DNA of 64,000 nt from Podarcis gaigeae (taxonomy: Eukaryota): assembly GCA_964106915.2 (NCBI GenBank), contig OZ066923.1; one strand, given 5' to 3'. This document shows, piece by piece, positions 1-12,038 of this stretch; positions within the stretch are counted from its first letter, which is position 1, and each line of letters begins with the position of its first letter. Both the position numbers and the translations under genes were made by a program. Below the pieces are notes generated by a model, which was not told where the DNA came from, did not search any database, and saw only the letters and a list, made by a program, of their open reading frames with translations.

Positions 1-3000
1 TTCATTCAAGAAGTAATGGAGGCATATATTTAGTGCTGTGGGTGCTGAAGCCTTTATAAGTTTTTATATTAAACCTATGATATTAATCTTGGTTGCTGTT
101 TTGTATAAATTCCCAATGTCTTTGCAGGTGGGTTTTTTTAAAAAAGATATTCATTGGCACTTTCCCTTTCTGTGCTGTGTTGTGCTGTATTGTGCCGAAT
201 AACCAAGTATTCTAGATGTAGAGCTTGCTTCTAGTACTCCCTAGTGGGCAGTCCTTCTGTCAGGTATCAAGATAACAGGTGCAGTAAAAGAGAACCAGCA
301 GCTAAAGCTTACAGAGATACTGTAAAATTGTTAAGAGCAAATATATTTTGAATAGTTAAGACATACTAGAATCTATGGTGTTGTTTTTTTACAGAATTCC
401 TAAACACCTCTGGGCCATAAGCATCTAGTTCAATGTTTTTTCTACACCCCACCCGAAAAACAAAAAAAATCCCAGAATTTGGGGATGTTTTAACACATAT
501 ACTCATGTTGAGGCTGATTCACCCACTAAAGGCAGCTATACAAAACTGAATTGTTTCAACTTCTAGAGTAACAGAAATCTTTCAAATCTGAACCTTTGCT
601 AAGGAAAAAAAGGCGCATTATCTATCTTTTTGTATATGCACATCTGCTTTCCTGGAAAAATGTGTACACTGATTCACTAGTATTCATATACTCTTCAGCT
701 AAATATCTACTTCATGTATTTCATGTGTGCACCCTTTTAGATCTGCCTTTTTAAATGCTCACCTAAATTTTGTGAGTGTGATAACCATGTGTTTGCAAAC
801 ATACATCATGCAGAAGCACTTAATATATAATTTTATATTCTGTGTATACATAATAATAATTAGAATAATTTTATTATTTATACCCCACCTATCTAGCTGG
901 GTTGCCCCCAATAGTCTCCCATCCAAATAATTGATCAGGTCCACACCTGCTTGGCTTCACCTGCAATGCTGGAGCCTCAGGCATCCATGGACACATCTCC
1001 AGGCAGCCTTGATTAACTGCACCTCATTATGGAGCACACAGTCTGTAACAGATCTGAGGTTTGCCTCTGTGCAGTGTGCATAGCCATGACAATGCTGGCA
1101 AATCGAAAATTCTTAACTGATTACTGTCCCTTTTTTAGTTTGAAAACCAGTTAGAGAGAGAAGACAGATGTGACCTGTATAGAGCAGTGAGATTTGTTTG
1201 GAAGAAGCTTCATCTTGTTCAAGCATGTTCTTTAAAAACAAACAAAATAAAATATCAAAAAACTGTTTCGCAAGTTTGCAGCCCAAGCCCGGTGTGCTTG
1301 TGGCCAGGGGCGGAGGAAGGGAGGTGCGATGGGGGCAGGTTGCCTCAGGTGTCTTCGCTCAGGGGGGTGACATTTGGTGTGCTGCCGAAGCCTACCCCAA
1401 GCCGTTGGGGGAAGGGGGGAGCTGCGCCACTTTGCTGGCAGCATTCCCCCCTTCCCCCTTCGTTTTGACAACTGGGGGGGGGGGCGAATGTCTGCCCTCA
1501 GTGGCTCCCTCCACCCCCAGCTGCAGGGCGCGTGCACCGCTCCGTGCACCCGAGTGGCTATCCTGCGCCTGGGTGGGCACCCTCTGTGCCACGTTCTGAC
1601 CCCCTCGGGAGCACGCCCACCCTGGGCAGCGCAGGCATATGCTCCGCCGCTGCATGTGGCATTGATAGGATGGCAACTACTACAATACACACACACAGTT
1701 TTCCGCTTTAAAAAACACTTTTGTACTTTTTTCATTAACAGAATAAGGCAAGGCTGATTTCTGAGCCAGCATTGAATTCACTGGTATGCAGATCTCATTA
1801 AGCTGAGAAGCAGGGAAGAATTCACTGGATGTTTTACTCAACTAAGCTACACAACTATGTTTTACTCAAAATAGACCCACTGAAACTAACGAACCTCACT
1901 TAAATTAGGTCCAGTAATTTCACTGGGTGTAGTCTGAATAAAACACCCTCTCTCCCCCTGTGGCTCCAAAAATTACTCTATATATATTACATCTGTTTTT
2001 CCCAAATTTGTCACAGAACCTATAAAAATACTTAATGGCAACTACATTCCCTCACAATGGCAATGCCTGGCATGTCCACCCCACCTTGCTAAACATCTTT
2101 CTTATGAAAACCACACAAGTTTAAGCTCTCCTGGCTGGATGATGCCCAGCAAGGAAGATGCAACGTTGTAAGAGACAAGGCATTGCTGAGTTCAAAGTCA
2201 TTCTCATTGTGAACTTTAGATACTAATTCTCTTCATTTGAGTTAATTTATAATGAGAATTGCTTTTGATGTGAAAGCTTGTCAATTTGATTATCTTTCTG
2301 GTGAACTTGTACTATCTAATTAAAATGAAAAGAAGGTGAGGCTGAGGAGGGAATATAATAATTCTATTTTTCAGACTCTTAATAACACTTCTTTCCCCAC
2401 ACATAACCTCCCCCACTGCTCCATTAATGCACATGGTTCTTACTTGTGGTTCCTAGTAATGCTTTCGTGTGAACTTTATCTGAATTAATCAGCAAGGCAG
2501 CCTCCTAATACAAAACGGAGGCTGAGGTGTTCTTTGTATTGTTTTGCTGAACTAGGATAACAATTAACTTGTGCTTTGAAGCATCAGCTGGCAAGGTGTT
2601 TAGTTGGGTCCAGAATAGCAGAAGTGTAGTGTTTTTCCATTTGTGTCTGAAACACAGTAATAACATGATTATTGGAATACTGTATTTTGTACGACAAAAT
2701 ATGTAAATACACTTTAATATTAATCTCAGTCCTCCTGGAGTAATAAGTGCTTTCATTGTAACCTCTGCAAACTCATTAAGATATTTTAATGTAGCATGGT
2801 TTGAGGATTTTGTTTCTTAGAAAACTGCAGAAATCAAGCAAAATTAAATTATTGTAGAGCTTTGGTTTGTGATGCTTTCTATTTACAAAATGTTTAATAA
2901 ACCACAAAAAGCAGAGACACTGAGAATTGGCATGGGAGCTATTTCTGTGGTCACTGAGTTTATTCATAATCATGCTAAACTGGTTTTGTTTGGAGGCAAG

Positions 3001-4050
3001 CCTATCTTGCCAGTTAGTATCCTCATGCATTAATTTCTGTTGACAAAAAGCACATGATGATTTCAGAAACGCAAACTACTCTGAATGTTGTGTTGATACG
3101 TGCTCTTTGCACCAGCCTGGTATGAATTGTCATTCAGCACACTATACATTAGGTTTATGGTAGCTTAGCCATAAAAAAAGGTAGATGAATTTGGAAATAT
3201 TTTTTTTTGTCAGTATTCTACATTGGCATCTGTTGCATGCAACATACTTCCCTTAGTATTTCTCCAGCTTAGTGACATTATTTCTGCTGTTAAAACTACA
3301 TTATCATTGGCATGGAAAGCTTGGTCTGCTTATAACATAGCTGGATACAGTGTCCCTTTAAAAATATGTTCTCAGATAATCCTGCAGCGTAGCTATGTTA
3401 TTTTTCCATAGTTAGAGAGATTAACTACTCAGGAGTTTCATTGTCTTTAGTTCATTCTGTTCATTTGGAGCATCAGGTGAGTGTTTATCTCCATTTGTCA
3501 TTAAAAGGGGAAATGTGACTGCAATATAAAATGTGACCTTTTTTGGTCAAAACTACTCTTTGTTTTTGCTGTATAACATTTGCATTTCTCTTTGATGTGT
3601 TCCAGTATGTACTGAGTGAAAGTGTGTAGATTAGTATATAAAATGCTTTTCAGTCATGGATTTTAAGGCACTACATAGTAGGATCGTTACCATTTATAAA
3701 AACATCAGGGTAAAAATGTCTATCCCTACCCATTTTTTTTCCTGTACACACAAATGAATAATGGATGACTGTTGAAAGGACTTAAAAATGATAATCCTGG
3801 TAAGAAAAAAACAACACATTTTCATATTCAAAGCCTACCTGGTATTCATTTTTATGACACTTTCTAAATGATAGAATTAAGGATATGAGCTCTCTGATTG
3901 TGGATTGTCTGGGTATGTAAGTCTCTCTGCTAAGTGTCTTTTTAAAAAGAATGCTTTTGTTTTAAAAATGTAAAGTTTTGACTGTATTGAATTGTTGGAT
4001 TTCCCCCCCTTAAAAAAAATAAAGTGTATATTCTACTAAGTACAAGATAT
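1..4050 (+). other. Probable distal 3' UTR of an upstream + strand gene (TEF expected from synteny, unconfirmed)
   Basis: AT-rich with UGUA-type motifs and AATAAA at 4018-4023; no coding exon visible, so identity rests only on mammalian gene order. Confidence 0.3.
1305..1652. mobile_element. Non-autonomous hAT-type element (GC-rich MITE)
   Basis: TIRs CAGGGGCGGAG...CTCCGCCGCTG; 8-bp TSD cttgtggc/catgtggc. Confidence 0.75.
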
Positions 4051-4288
4051 AGTCACTGCAGTATATTGTTTGCAAACTGTCACCAGAACATAAAGATGTG
4101 GTGCAGATCCTTCAGCTGTCTCTGATGTCTGTCTGTAGGAGTTGGTGTCAATAATCACTTTCAGAAGTCTGGCTGTACCCTTGCTTCCTATATTTACAAG
4201 CTAGTTCTGGCCATGAATGAACACAAAACTTTATTTTATTTATATTTATTTCTCCTCATGTTTTTACCTTGTGGGTGTATCAGAAATA

Positions 4289-4418
4289 CAGGCATACCTC
4301 AGAGATATTCCAGACCACCGTATTAAAACAAATATCACAATAAAGGGAGTCAAACTTCTTTCTTTTCTTTCCCAGTACATATAAAAGCGTTGTTTATACT
4401 TTAATGCAGTCTATTAAG
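4289..4418 (-). mobile_element. Tigger1-like (pogo superfamily) terminal fragment
   Basis: TA|CAGGCATACCTCAGAGATATTCCAGACCACCG...CCCAGTACATATAAAAG...AGTCTATTAAG matches my recollection of the Tigger1 3' end; only one end present. Confidence 0.75.
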
Positions 4419-5118
4419 CCAGACCCCCTGGCTGCAGGAGTGAGAGGGGAAAACCCGGCTCCAGCCCTATCCCCCCCCCTCCAGCGCCCAGAAGAGAAGC
4501 AGCAGCGTCAGGGAGCGAGCTTTCCCTGGAAGCAGCCCGGCTTGCTGCAACTACAGCCAATATCTGTGGAGCGCAATAAAGCTGAACAGGGTTGCTTCTC
4601 CTGAGAAAGAAAAGCAAGTGCCACGCACTGCACTTCTTAAAATGTGTGTGGGCAAAGTCACATCCTGAGTAATCCCGCCTGAAGCACTTAACACTCCTAA
4701 TGTTTATGGAAACCACCTATTTCACAAATGGTCTCCCGCAGCCTTTTGTTGAAAATCTTGAAACAAAAGGCAAAAAATTAATCTGTTCCTATATACTAGA
4801 ACTGCCTTAAAAGGAGAGTGGGGATGGGACCTTTTGTGGGAATTAAAACTTCACATGCCGTGAAGAATCTATCGACTATCTCCAAAGCGCCACTAATCAA
4901 TAGTAAGTTAATCTTCTTAAGCACCAGAAAGGGTTGCTTAAAAGAGTACTAAAAGCTTTCCCTAGAGCTTAAGTACTGAAGTTAGATGCCAATCATGCAA
5001 GTCAAATTACATGCTATGCAGATGAAAAGAGAACATTAAATTGCCTACTGGAGCTAGTCATGCCACAAGTCACTCACTGCTTCCTTAGCAATGAAGTCAG
5101 TTTCCAGTAGGGTAAGAA

Positions 5119-5375
5119 CAGGGGTCAGCAAACTTTCAGCAGGGGTCCGGTCCACTGTCCCTCAAGACCTTGGGGGGGGGGGCAGACTATATTTTGAAGG
5201 GGGGAATGAACAAATTCCTATGCCCCACAAATAACCCAGAGATGCATTTTAAATAAAAGGACACATTCTACTCATGTAAAAACATGCTGATTCCTGAACC
5301 GTCCGTGGGCCGGATTTAGAAGGCGATTGGGCCCACTCCAGCTCCAGCTCCCAGGCCTTAGTTTGCCTACCCATG
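5119..5375. mobile_element. hAT (Charlie-like) MITE
   Basis: Imperfect TIRs CAGGGGTCAGCAAACT...AGTTTGCCTACCCATG; 8-bp TSD ggtaagaa/cgtaagaa. Confidence 0.8.
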
Positions 5376-6005
5376 CGTAAGAAGATGTGGCAAACATGAA
5401 CAAAGAGACAAAATAATTTGCCACTTGGTAGAGTAGAGTTTGCACAACATGATACCTAGACTGCCCCCCCCCCTTGCCAGATACCTGCCTCTTGTCCTCT
5501 GAATGCTGATGGGCAGTAGGAGTTTTGTGGTAGTGTTTGGCATTAAGATAGCAACTATTGACCATAAATATTCTCGGGTTTTGGATATGGAGGTAGAAGA
5601 AAGACAAAAGATTCAAACCTGGCTATCTTCGTGCAACTTGAGCTAAATATGGCTTTTAATTGACAAAGTGTAGAAATCTTTGGGACTCGGAAGTCTGTGG
5701 GGATGATAAGCAGTGCTATGCCTCAAAAAACTAGAATTAATAAAAATTATTCATTAAAAAAACTGGTGGTATCCAAGGTTCGTCAAACGCTTGAGTGGAT
5801 ACATTGAAATCATTGGAATTATGTCCATTGATTTTGATGACCTGCAAATCATCCACAAGAACTGGGTTAGACTGTCTCCTTCCCGACAACAGAGTGCTAA
5901 ATGTTTCCAAAGGGACCTTTGGGGAAATAGGGCTATCTTGGGTCAGATTAAAAAATGTTTTTTTCAAAGAATTAAAGGTGGTTTGAAAGATAGATTGCTT
6001 CATGT

Positions 6006-6048
6006 TGTGTGTGTGTATACGCACGCACGCACGCGCACACACACACAC
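6006..6048. repeat. Compound (TG)n-(CGCA)n-(CA)n microsatellite
   Basis: Directly visible alternating purine-pyrimidine tract. Confidence 0.9.
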
Positions 6049-6379
6049 TATCCTCCTTTTGACTCTGCTTAAATGGGTTTTGCAGGATTTTATATTGGTT
6101 ACAAAAAACCTGCTTGATAAGAGGCAACAATGGAATCAATGAAATATCTGTCTTTCTTGGAAACAATTTCTCCAACCGCTTCCAGCTTTTAAACTATTGT
6201 CTTTCTCCAACCTTGGAAATCAGTCTCTATTTTCCACTTTCTTTCATCTGACATTTGGTTGTAATGAGACACCATGGTGATACATTTCAGCTCTTCACAG
6301 TTGTCCCCTTGCAACTGAAGGAGCTGTCTTCTACATCAACCCCAGTCATACCACTGGCCCTTCCTCCAAACCAAATAGT

Positions 6380-6790
6380 TTTATTTAAATTGTGTTTATA
6401 TATTTGATCTATTTATATGCTGGCTTTAAGAGTCAAACCCTGTTAAGGTGGCTTCTGTTAAATAATACAAATACAATATCATCAAAAAATTACAGACATT
6501 TAATAAGCCGGTAGCAATAAACATCCAGCCACCCGCCCCCCCCTCACACATATATAGCCAAAATCAACTGCAGCAAGAAAAAATAAATTCAAGGAAAGGC
6601 CAGTGTGAGCAGGTAAGTTTTTAACCCTTTCCTAAAGTCCTGAAATGTTGTGGTCTGAAGGAACCCAGATGGTAAAGAGCTATGGTGACAATACAGAGAA
6701 TGCCCTTTTATACTCATCAGTTTAATTGCTCTGGGTGTCAGGCAGGTGAGAATGACTTAAAGGTGTGGGCAGGCTCAAATGGGAGCAAGG
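6380..6790 (-). mobile_element. Degenerate L2-like LINE 3' end
   Basis: ttttatt-rich tail plus L2-like blocks (aggtaagtttttaacccttttcc-like, acagagaatgccc); boundaries approximate. Confidence 0.4.
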
Positions 6791-7948
6791 AATAATAAGA
6801 GTTTCATTAAAATTTAATTGTGTGATGAGAAAATGTATTCCAGAGGATGTGCTTCAGAAATTTTGTATTCTGGAAAGAGGTCCAGTTGCCTATTATCTGT
6901 GTGCAACATGGTTCATGTTTTTTGTTTTGCATCTCACCTGTCAAATCTCTTTTTTGGTGGATATACATCTCCCCTGCCCCATTTTTGCTGTTTCCCAGTT
7001 ATTCCGATACTATGCGGTGTCCCTCCATGAGTCTGTTGGGAGACTTCCATGTAGTATTTAAGAGTTTGTACCTCACATCTTGGAAAGTTTAGTGCTTTAT
7101 TATTTTCATGCCTTCCTAAAATTGGAATGATTTTTTTTAAAAAAAAATTCTGCCTCGTTGGGAGATGAGAGAGAGAGACAGTTCTAAGTAGTGGTTGTTT
7201 GAATAAAAAAAACTGCATCTGAACTACCTTCTGCATAAGGGGGAGTGACACGGAAAGAGCTAAGATTGGTGGAAGTGAGTGGGCAGCTGGAAGTAGCAAG
7301 GCTTTAGTGTAAAAGTACTGGCAGTACTCCAGGCATTGCAATAGGTGACCTTATGTACGATTTACCTGGGATACACTTGGAGTTACAATGCTGGAGGCGA
7401 CACTGATTTTCTGGTTTTGAACTTTGCTTTGGGAGAGGAGAGCACAGTCAGCAAGACTGACCTGAAAGCAGCTTCCCTCACCAGTGGGGCCAGTGAAGTT
7501 CAGGGTTACTGAACAACTTCCATCCCTTCTGATTTTGAGGGAAGGGGTTTAGATTTCGTTCTCTGCTCTGCTTTGACCCTCTCTGTTCTCTATTCACTTT
7601 TCTAGCCCTTGCGTCCAACTGAGCTTCTTAGTCTGAACAACTTACCAAGTAACCATGCAATCTCTCTCTCTCCTTGTCTCATGTTTTCAACCATATATTA
7701 CTTCTGGCCATTATGAACCTTGGCTGCTTGCCCCAGCATTGGGCTCTTCACATGAGGCCTTGTTAGAACCTGGCCAAGGTCTGAAACTGGGGCAAAGGAG
7801 TCCAGGGAAATCAGGGGAGGGAGGACTCATCATCCCTTTCAGCATGCAGGTCCCCCCACATTTATACATGTGCCCTCATCACGTTCATCTTACCCCTTGT
7901 CCAGTCTTCTAATTTGGTTAAGAAACGTTCGGCTTTTCTAATGATTCG

Positions 7949-7962
7949 CCACCAGATGGCGC
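7949..7962 (+). promoter_or_regulatory. CTCF core motif
   Basis: CCACCAGATGGCGC is a full match to CCASYAGRKGGCRS. Confidence 0.65.
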
Positions 7963-8494
7963 TGTTGCAGCATAGCAAGTGCCGTGACCTTGTCCCTTTA
8001 AAAATAAATAACCCTCCCGATGGGATTGCACAAGAAACTAAAGGTTATTGATATGAAATGAAAGAGAGAGAGAGAAGCATACTGTTTTGACACTAATCCA
8101 GCCAAAGCTTTGCAACCAGCTGTCTTGGAATGGTTTTTATTTTCTTTAACTGAAAGGCAGTAAAAAAAATGATTGTAAATAAATACGGTAAACCTCCCAT
8201 TAGCAAACAATCACACTTTCTTTCCTTTTATATGCCAGTTGAACCAGCATGATGGATGATCAGGCTAGAGTCTTAAGACTCTACATTCTGGTCCACTTCT
8301 TCTCGAGTTTGTTTAGTATGGATGACTGAGCAGTTTCAAGGATAATGAATTATAGAAAAAAGTCTTTGTGCCACAAGTGAAAAGGATTGCAACCCCAGGG
8401 ACTGCCAGTCTGGATAAGAAGGATCTAGGCTTGTCAAAACCAATCTGAATGGGGAGCAAAAAAATTTTTTTCCAGAGAGATATGTAGCGGCAAA

Positions 8495-8631
8495 CATGGG
8501 CGTAGCCAGGATTTTTGTTGGGGGGTAGGCCTTTTGTTGGGGGGACAGAACTTAAGTTAGCTATGTGTTTTCATTTATTTTTATTGATGGGGGGCAGCTG
8601 CCCCCCTCTCCCCCCCCCGGCTACGCCCATG
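8495..8631. mobile_element. Short hAT MITE (137 bp)
   Basis: Perfect 13-bp TIR CATGGGCGTAGCC...GGCTACGCCCATG; degenerate 8-bp TSD gcggcaaa/gcgacaac. Confidence 0.8.
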
Positions 8632-9499
8632 GCGACAACTGCAAACTGCATTGGCAAAGGATCTACTTCCCTGCCCAAAAGGAGATTATTCTTCACTCTC
8701 CCATGCAGAAAGTGTTCTTCATTTAGCCCAAATTATATAAATGAGTGTTTTGACAGATAGTACTAAGTCACAGAAGCTTAAGTGCTCTTTTCTCCTGTAT
8801 TGTGTGTTCATTTAAAGTGCAGTGAAAGGGACCTTTATCCAATTTATCACGCAAGTGCTCTTGTAGTCCTATAAAAAGAAGGAAAATCGTTCCAAGGCTA
8901 TCCCTTTCCTCTGCAGCAGAGATGGGCAACCTGTGGTTTGCCATATGTTGGTGCTGGTTTATGATTGATTTAAAGAAAAGAATGCCAGATTCCTAGATCC
9001 AAACACGGGGTAGAATACTTTCTGGAAAGAGAGAGCCTCAGCAGAGATTTAAAAATGCAAAACACGCAGCAAAGTGAAGCATGGAAATATAGGCTCTTAG
9101 ACATTTTAAATATCTCATTCTAAGTTGTTTACGGCGACTTTCCCTTTCTACCCTCTTAGAATTGAATAGATTACACAGTTTGGTAAGTTTAAAATAAGTG
9201 TACTTACAAAATCATCAACAGTCATATTCATGTGTTTTTCCATACAGCAGTAAAGAAAGCCAGGTTACAAAATAATGGTAAAAGTTTCTGAACATGCAGT
9301 CAGGACTTGGAGCAATCCGCTCACACATCCTGCCTAGTTGGATTCATATGGTGGAAGAGAATGAACAGCAGAAAGAAGGCAAACAAAATAAAATAAAATA
9401 ACTTTCCTAACTGCCTTTACCTTTACCTATACCTTAACTTTTACCTAACCTTGTGGCATTTTAAAAATTCAATACAAACTAAAAGATGAGGATTAGACC

Positions 9500-10605
9500 C
9501 ACAGTCTTGGGATGGTACTTAATTTAGCTTTGTTACTGGAGGCCCTCATGATGTGCTTTGCAGTGTCTTTTCACCACCTGGTGTTGCCATGCCAGCCATG
9601 GCCTTCTTGGACAGAGACAGCTTAGCCACAGTGATCCAGCTCTGGTCATTTCCAGATGAGATCACTGCAACATGTTTGGTGTGTAGATTACACACCTGCA
9701 TTACCTGTGTATATACAATATGTGTGAATATGATGCAGACTTCTCAAACTTCATTTGGTTTGGAATATTATCATTATATATATTTATTAAATTCCTATCC
9801 TGCCCTGCCTCCCAAAGGAACCCAAAGTGGAAAACAACAGAAGTAGTAAAACAAAAGAATTAAAAATTACAGTGGTACCTCTGGTTACGAATTTAATTCG
9901 TTCCAGAAATCTGTTCTTAAACTGAAACAGTTCTTATCCTGAGGCGCGTTTTCGCTAACGGGGCCTTCCACTGTGCGTGCCTCCAGCACATAATTTCCGT
10001 TCGCATCCGGGGGCAAAGTTCACAACCAGGAGCAGCTACCTTTGGGTTAGCGGAGCTCGTAACCTGAAGCATTCATAACCAGAGGTACCACTATAAATAA
10101 AAGCACGTCATACAGTCACCAACTGGCTGCCTGTTTCCAAGCATAATTGCAAGTGCTGATACTTGCTGTTTAATGATCTATGGGGCTTTAGGTCTGGTTG
10201 CCTATAGAGCTGCCTTTTCTCACATCTACCAGCTGATGTGTTAAGATCTTTGTAAACAGCTCTTCTCCAGGTGTCTCTGCTACCTGAGTTGCATCAGGGG
10301 ACATGGGAGTGGTGACCTGTTCAACTGTAACAACTCTACTTTCCCCAGGAAGCTTAGCCTGACACTCTGTGTCTTTTGGTGCTTCATGAACCCTTCTTAT
10401 TTTCCTTAGACGTTTAAAAATACTGTATTGTGTTTGATCAACCTCTTGTGGTTGCTGCATTAATTCAATGCTGCTGCTGTTAACGTTGTTGTGTTTTTAG
10501 TGTGTGTGCTTCCTTTTTATAGTAAGATTGTTTTCAAAATGTTGTAACAGCTGCCTGGGATTATTTTGTGCTGAAGGTGTAGGATATAAATACAAATAAA
10601 TAATG
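9500..10605 (+). mobile_element. Fragmented L2-like LINE ORF2/3' end interrupted by younger insertions
   Basis: FLDRDSLATVIQ resembles the L2 ORF2 C-terminal region; actggctgcctgt block at ~10123; taaataaataa tail at ~10590. Confidence 0.5.
9870..10093. mobile_element. pogo/Tigger-like MITE (CAGTGGTACCTC family), copy 1
   Basis: TA-flanked TIRs CAGTGGTACCTCTGGTTA...TAACCAGAGGTACCACTA. Confidence 0.85.
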
Positions 10606-11299
10606 AAAATGTCTGCCTGCCATTAGCTACCAACCCTAAAATCTGGTATCCTCTCAAAACCTCAGTCAGTTTTGTACCACGAACTCCATTGGCCACTGCC
10701 CCTTAAGTGTGTACCTGACATTTTGAGTCATTAACTCTAAAAAAGCAAGTATTAACTACTTGGCTGTGGCCACGTGCTTTAAATGTATTGTGTGAATGGA
10801 TCCAAAGGTGTGACTTCCCCATGTGAACCTGATTTTTAAATTATTTTTATACCTTGATTTATGTTTAAATGCCATTAATCTCGTAGATCTAAGGTGCTTT
10901 GCATTCCAGGGTCATGGCTGCTACTATGTGATTTTAACATTGTTTTGTTGAGCTTTCAACCAATCAGCTGAGGCTGTAAGCTAAACTGCTAATGAATGTA
11001 ACTGAAGTACCTTTACTGGACAGCGCTTCCAACCGTGAGGGACCGATTTTATAGCAAGGAAATGGAAACTGTTAACAATGCAACATCAGACTGCATCTGA
11101 AATGGAGCTGGGTTAGGACTGAGGAGCAATTCTCATTGATTGTGCTACTTAAGCAGCGGTCATCAACATTTTTGGAATTTTGAGAGAATGTTGAACCCAC
11201 CAGGCACAAAATGGCTGCCACAAGGCGCCATGGCTTGATGCAAAATGGCTGTCATGAGGGCATGGCTTGAAACAAAACTGGGAATACTCTTATTCCTAT

Positions 11300-11537
11300 G
11301 TAGCAAAGCATCAGCTAACTGATTGGTTGACTTGGGAAATGAAGGTTTCAATTCCCACTCAGTGATGAAGTTTGCTGGGCAATTTTCAGCCAGCCATTCT
11401 CTCAGCCCAACCTATGAGGATATAATGACATGCAGGAAGGACCATGTGTAGCACCTTGAGCTGCATGGAGGATATTATTATTATTATTAGTAGTAGTAGT
11501 ATTAGTATTAGTATTAGTATTATTAGTATTATTATTA
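11300..11537 (+). mobile_element. MIR/Ther1-derived SINE (Squam3-like) with an expanded (TAT/TAG)n tail
   Basis: Degenerate B-box ggtttcaattccc, ctctcagcccaaccta block, caccttgagct end, microsatellite at 11473-11537. Confidence 0.5.
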
Positions 11538-11807
11538 CAATAAAAAATAAATATGCCCTTCTGGGCAGAAAAGAAATGAGATAAGCCTTAAGGCAAGTGG
11601 GGATAGCATCCCCTTTGCCTCTTCCTCCCCAACACTTGATCAAAATACAAGAAACAAAGGGAAGCCAGCCCTCTCCCCTCTTCTTTCCACCCCATCAAAA
11701 TATCCTCCCGAGCGAGGAAAAGAAGGAAGGTAGAGCCATCCCTGCTTCACTCCCCACCCCATGCCATCCAGGGCAAGAAAATGGGGGGGGAGCACCCTCA
11801 CTATGTA

Positions 11808-12038
11808 CAGTGGTACCTTGGGTTACAAACACCTTGGGTTACAAACACTTCGGGTTATAGACTCCTCTAACTCGGAAGTAGTGCTTCGGGTTAAGAACTT
11901 TACCTCAGGATGAGAACAGAAATCGTGTGGTGGCAGTGGGAGGCCACATTAGCTAAAGTGGTACCTCAGGTTAAGAACGGTTTCAGGTTAAGAACGGAGC
12001 TCCAGAACGAATTAAGTTTGTAACCAGAGGTACCACTG
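11808..12038. mobile_element. pogo/Tigger-like MITE, copy 2 (opposite orientation)
   Basis: TA|CAGTGGTACCT...AGGTACCACTG|TA; interior is the reverse complement of copies 3 and 5. Confidence 0.88.

Noticed and set aside
1187-1757. Cluster of overlapping 93-167 aa ORFs
   Set aside because: Caused by the GC-rich hAT MITE; no transposase motifs
1-4250. Naming the left-hand gene TEF
   Set aside because: No coding sequence in the window; only synteny supports it, so no symbol was assigned
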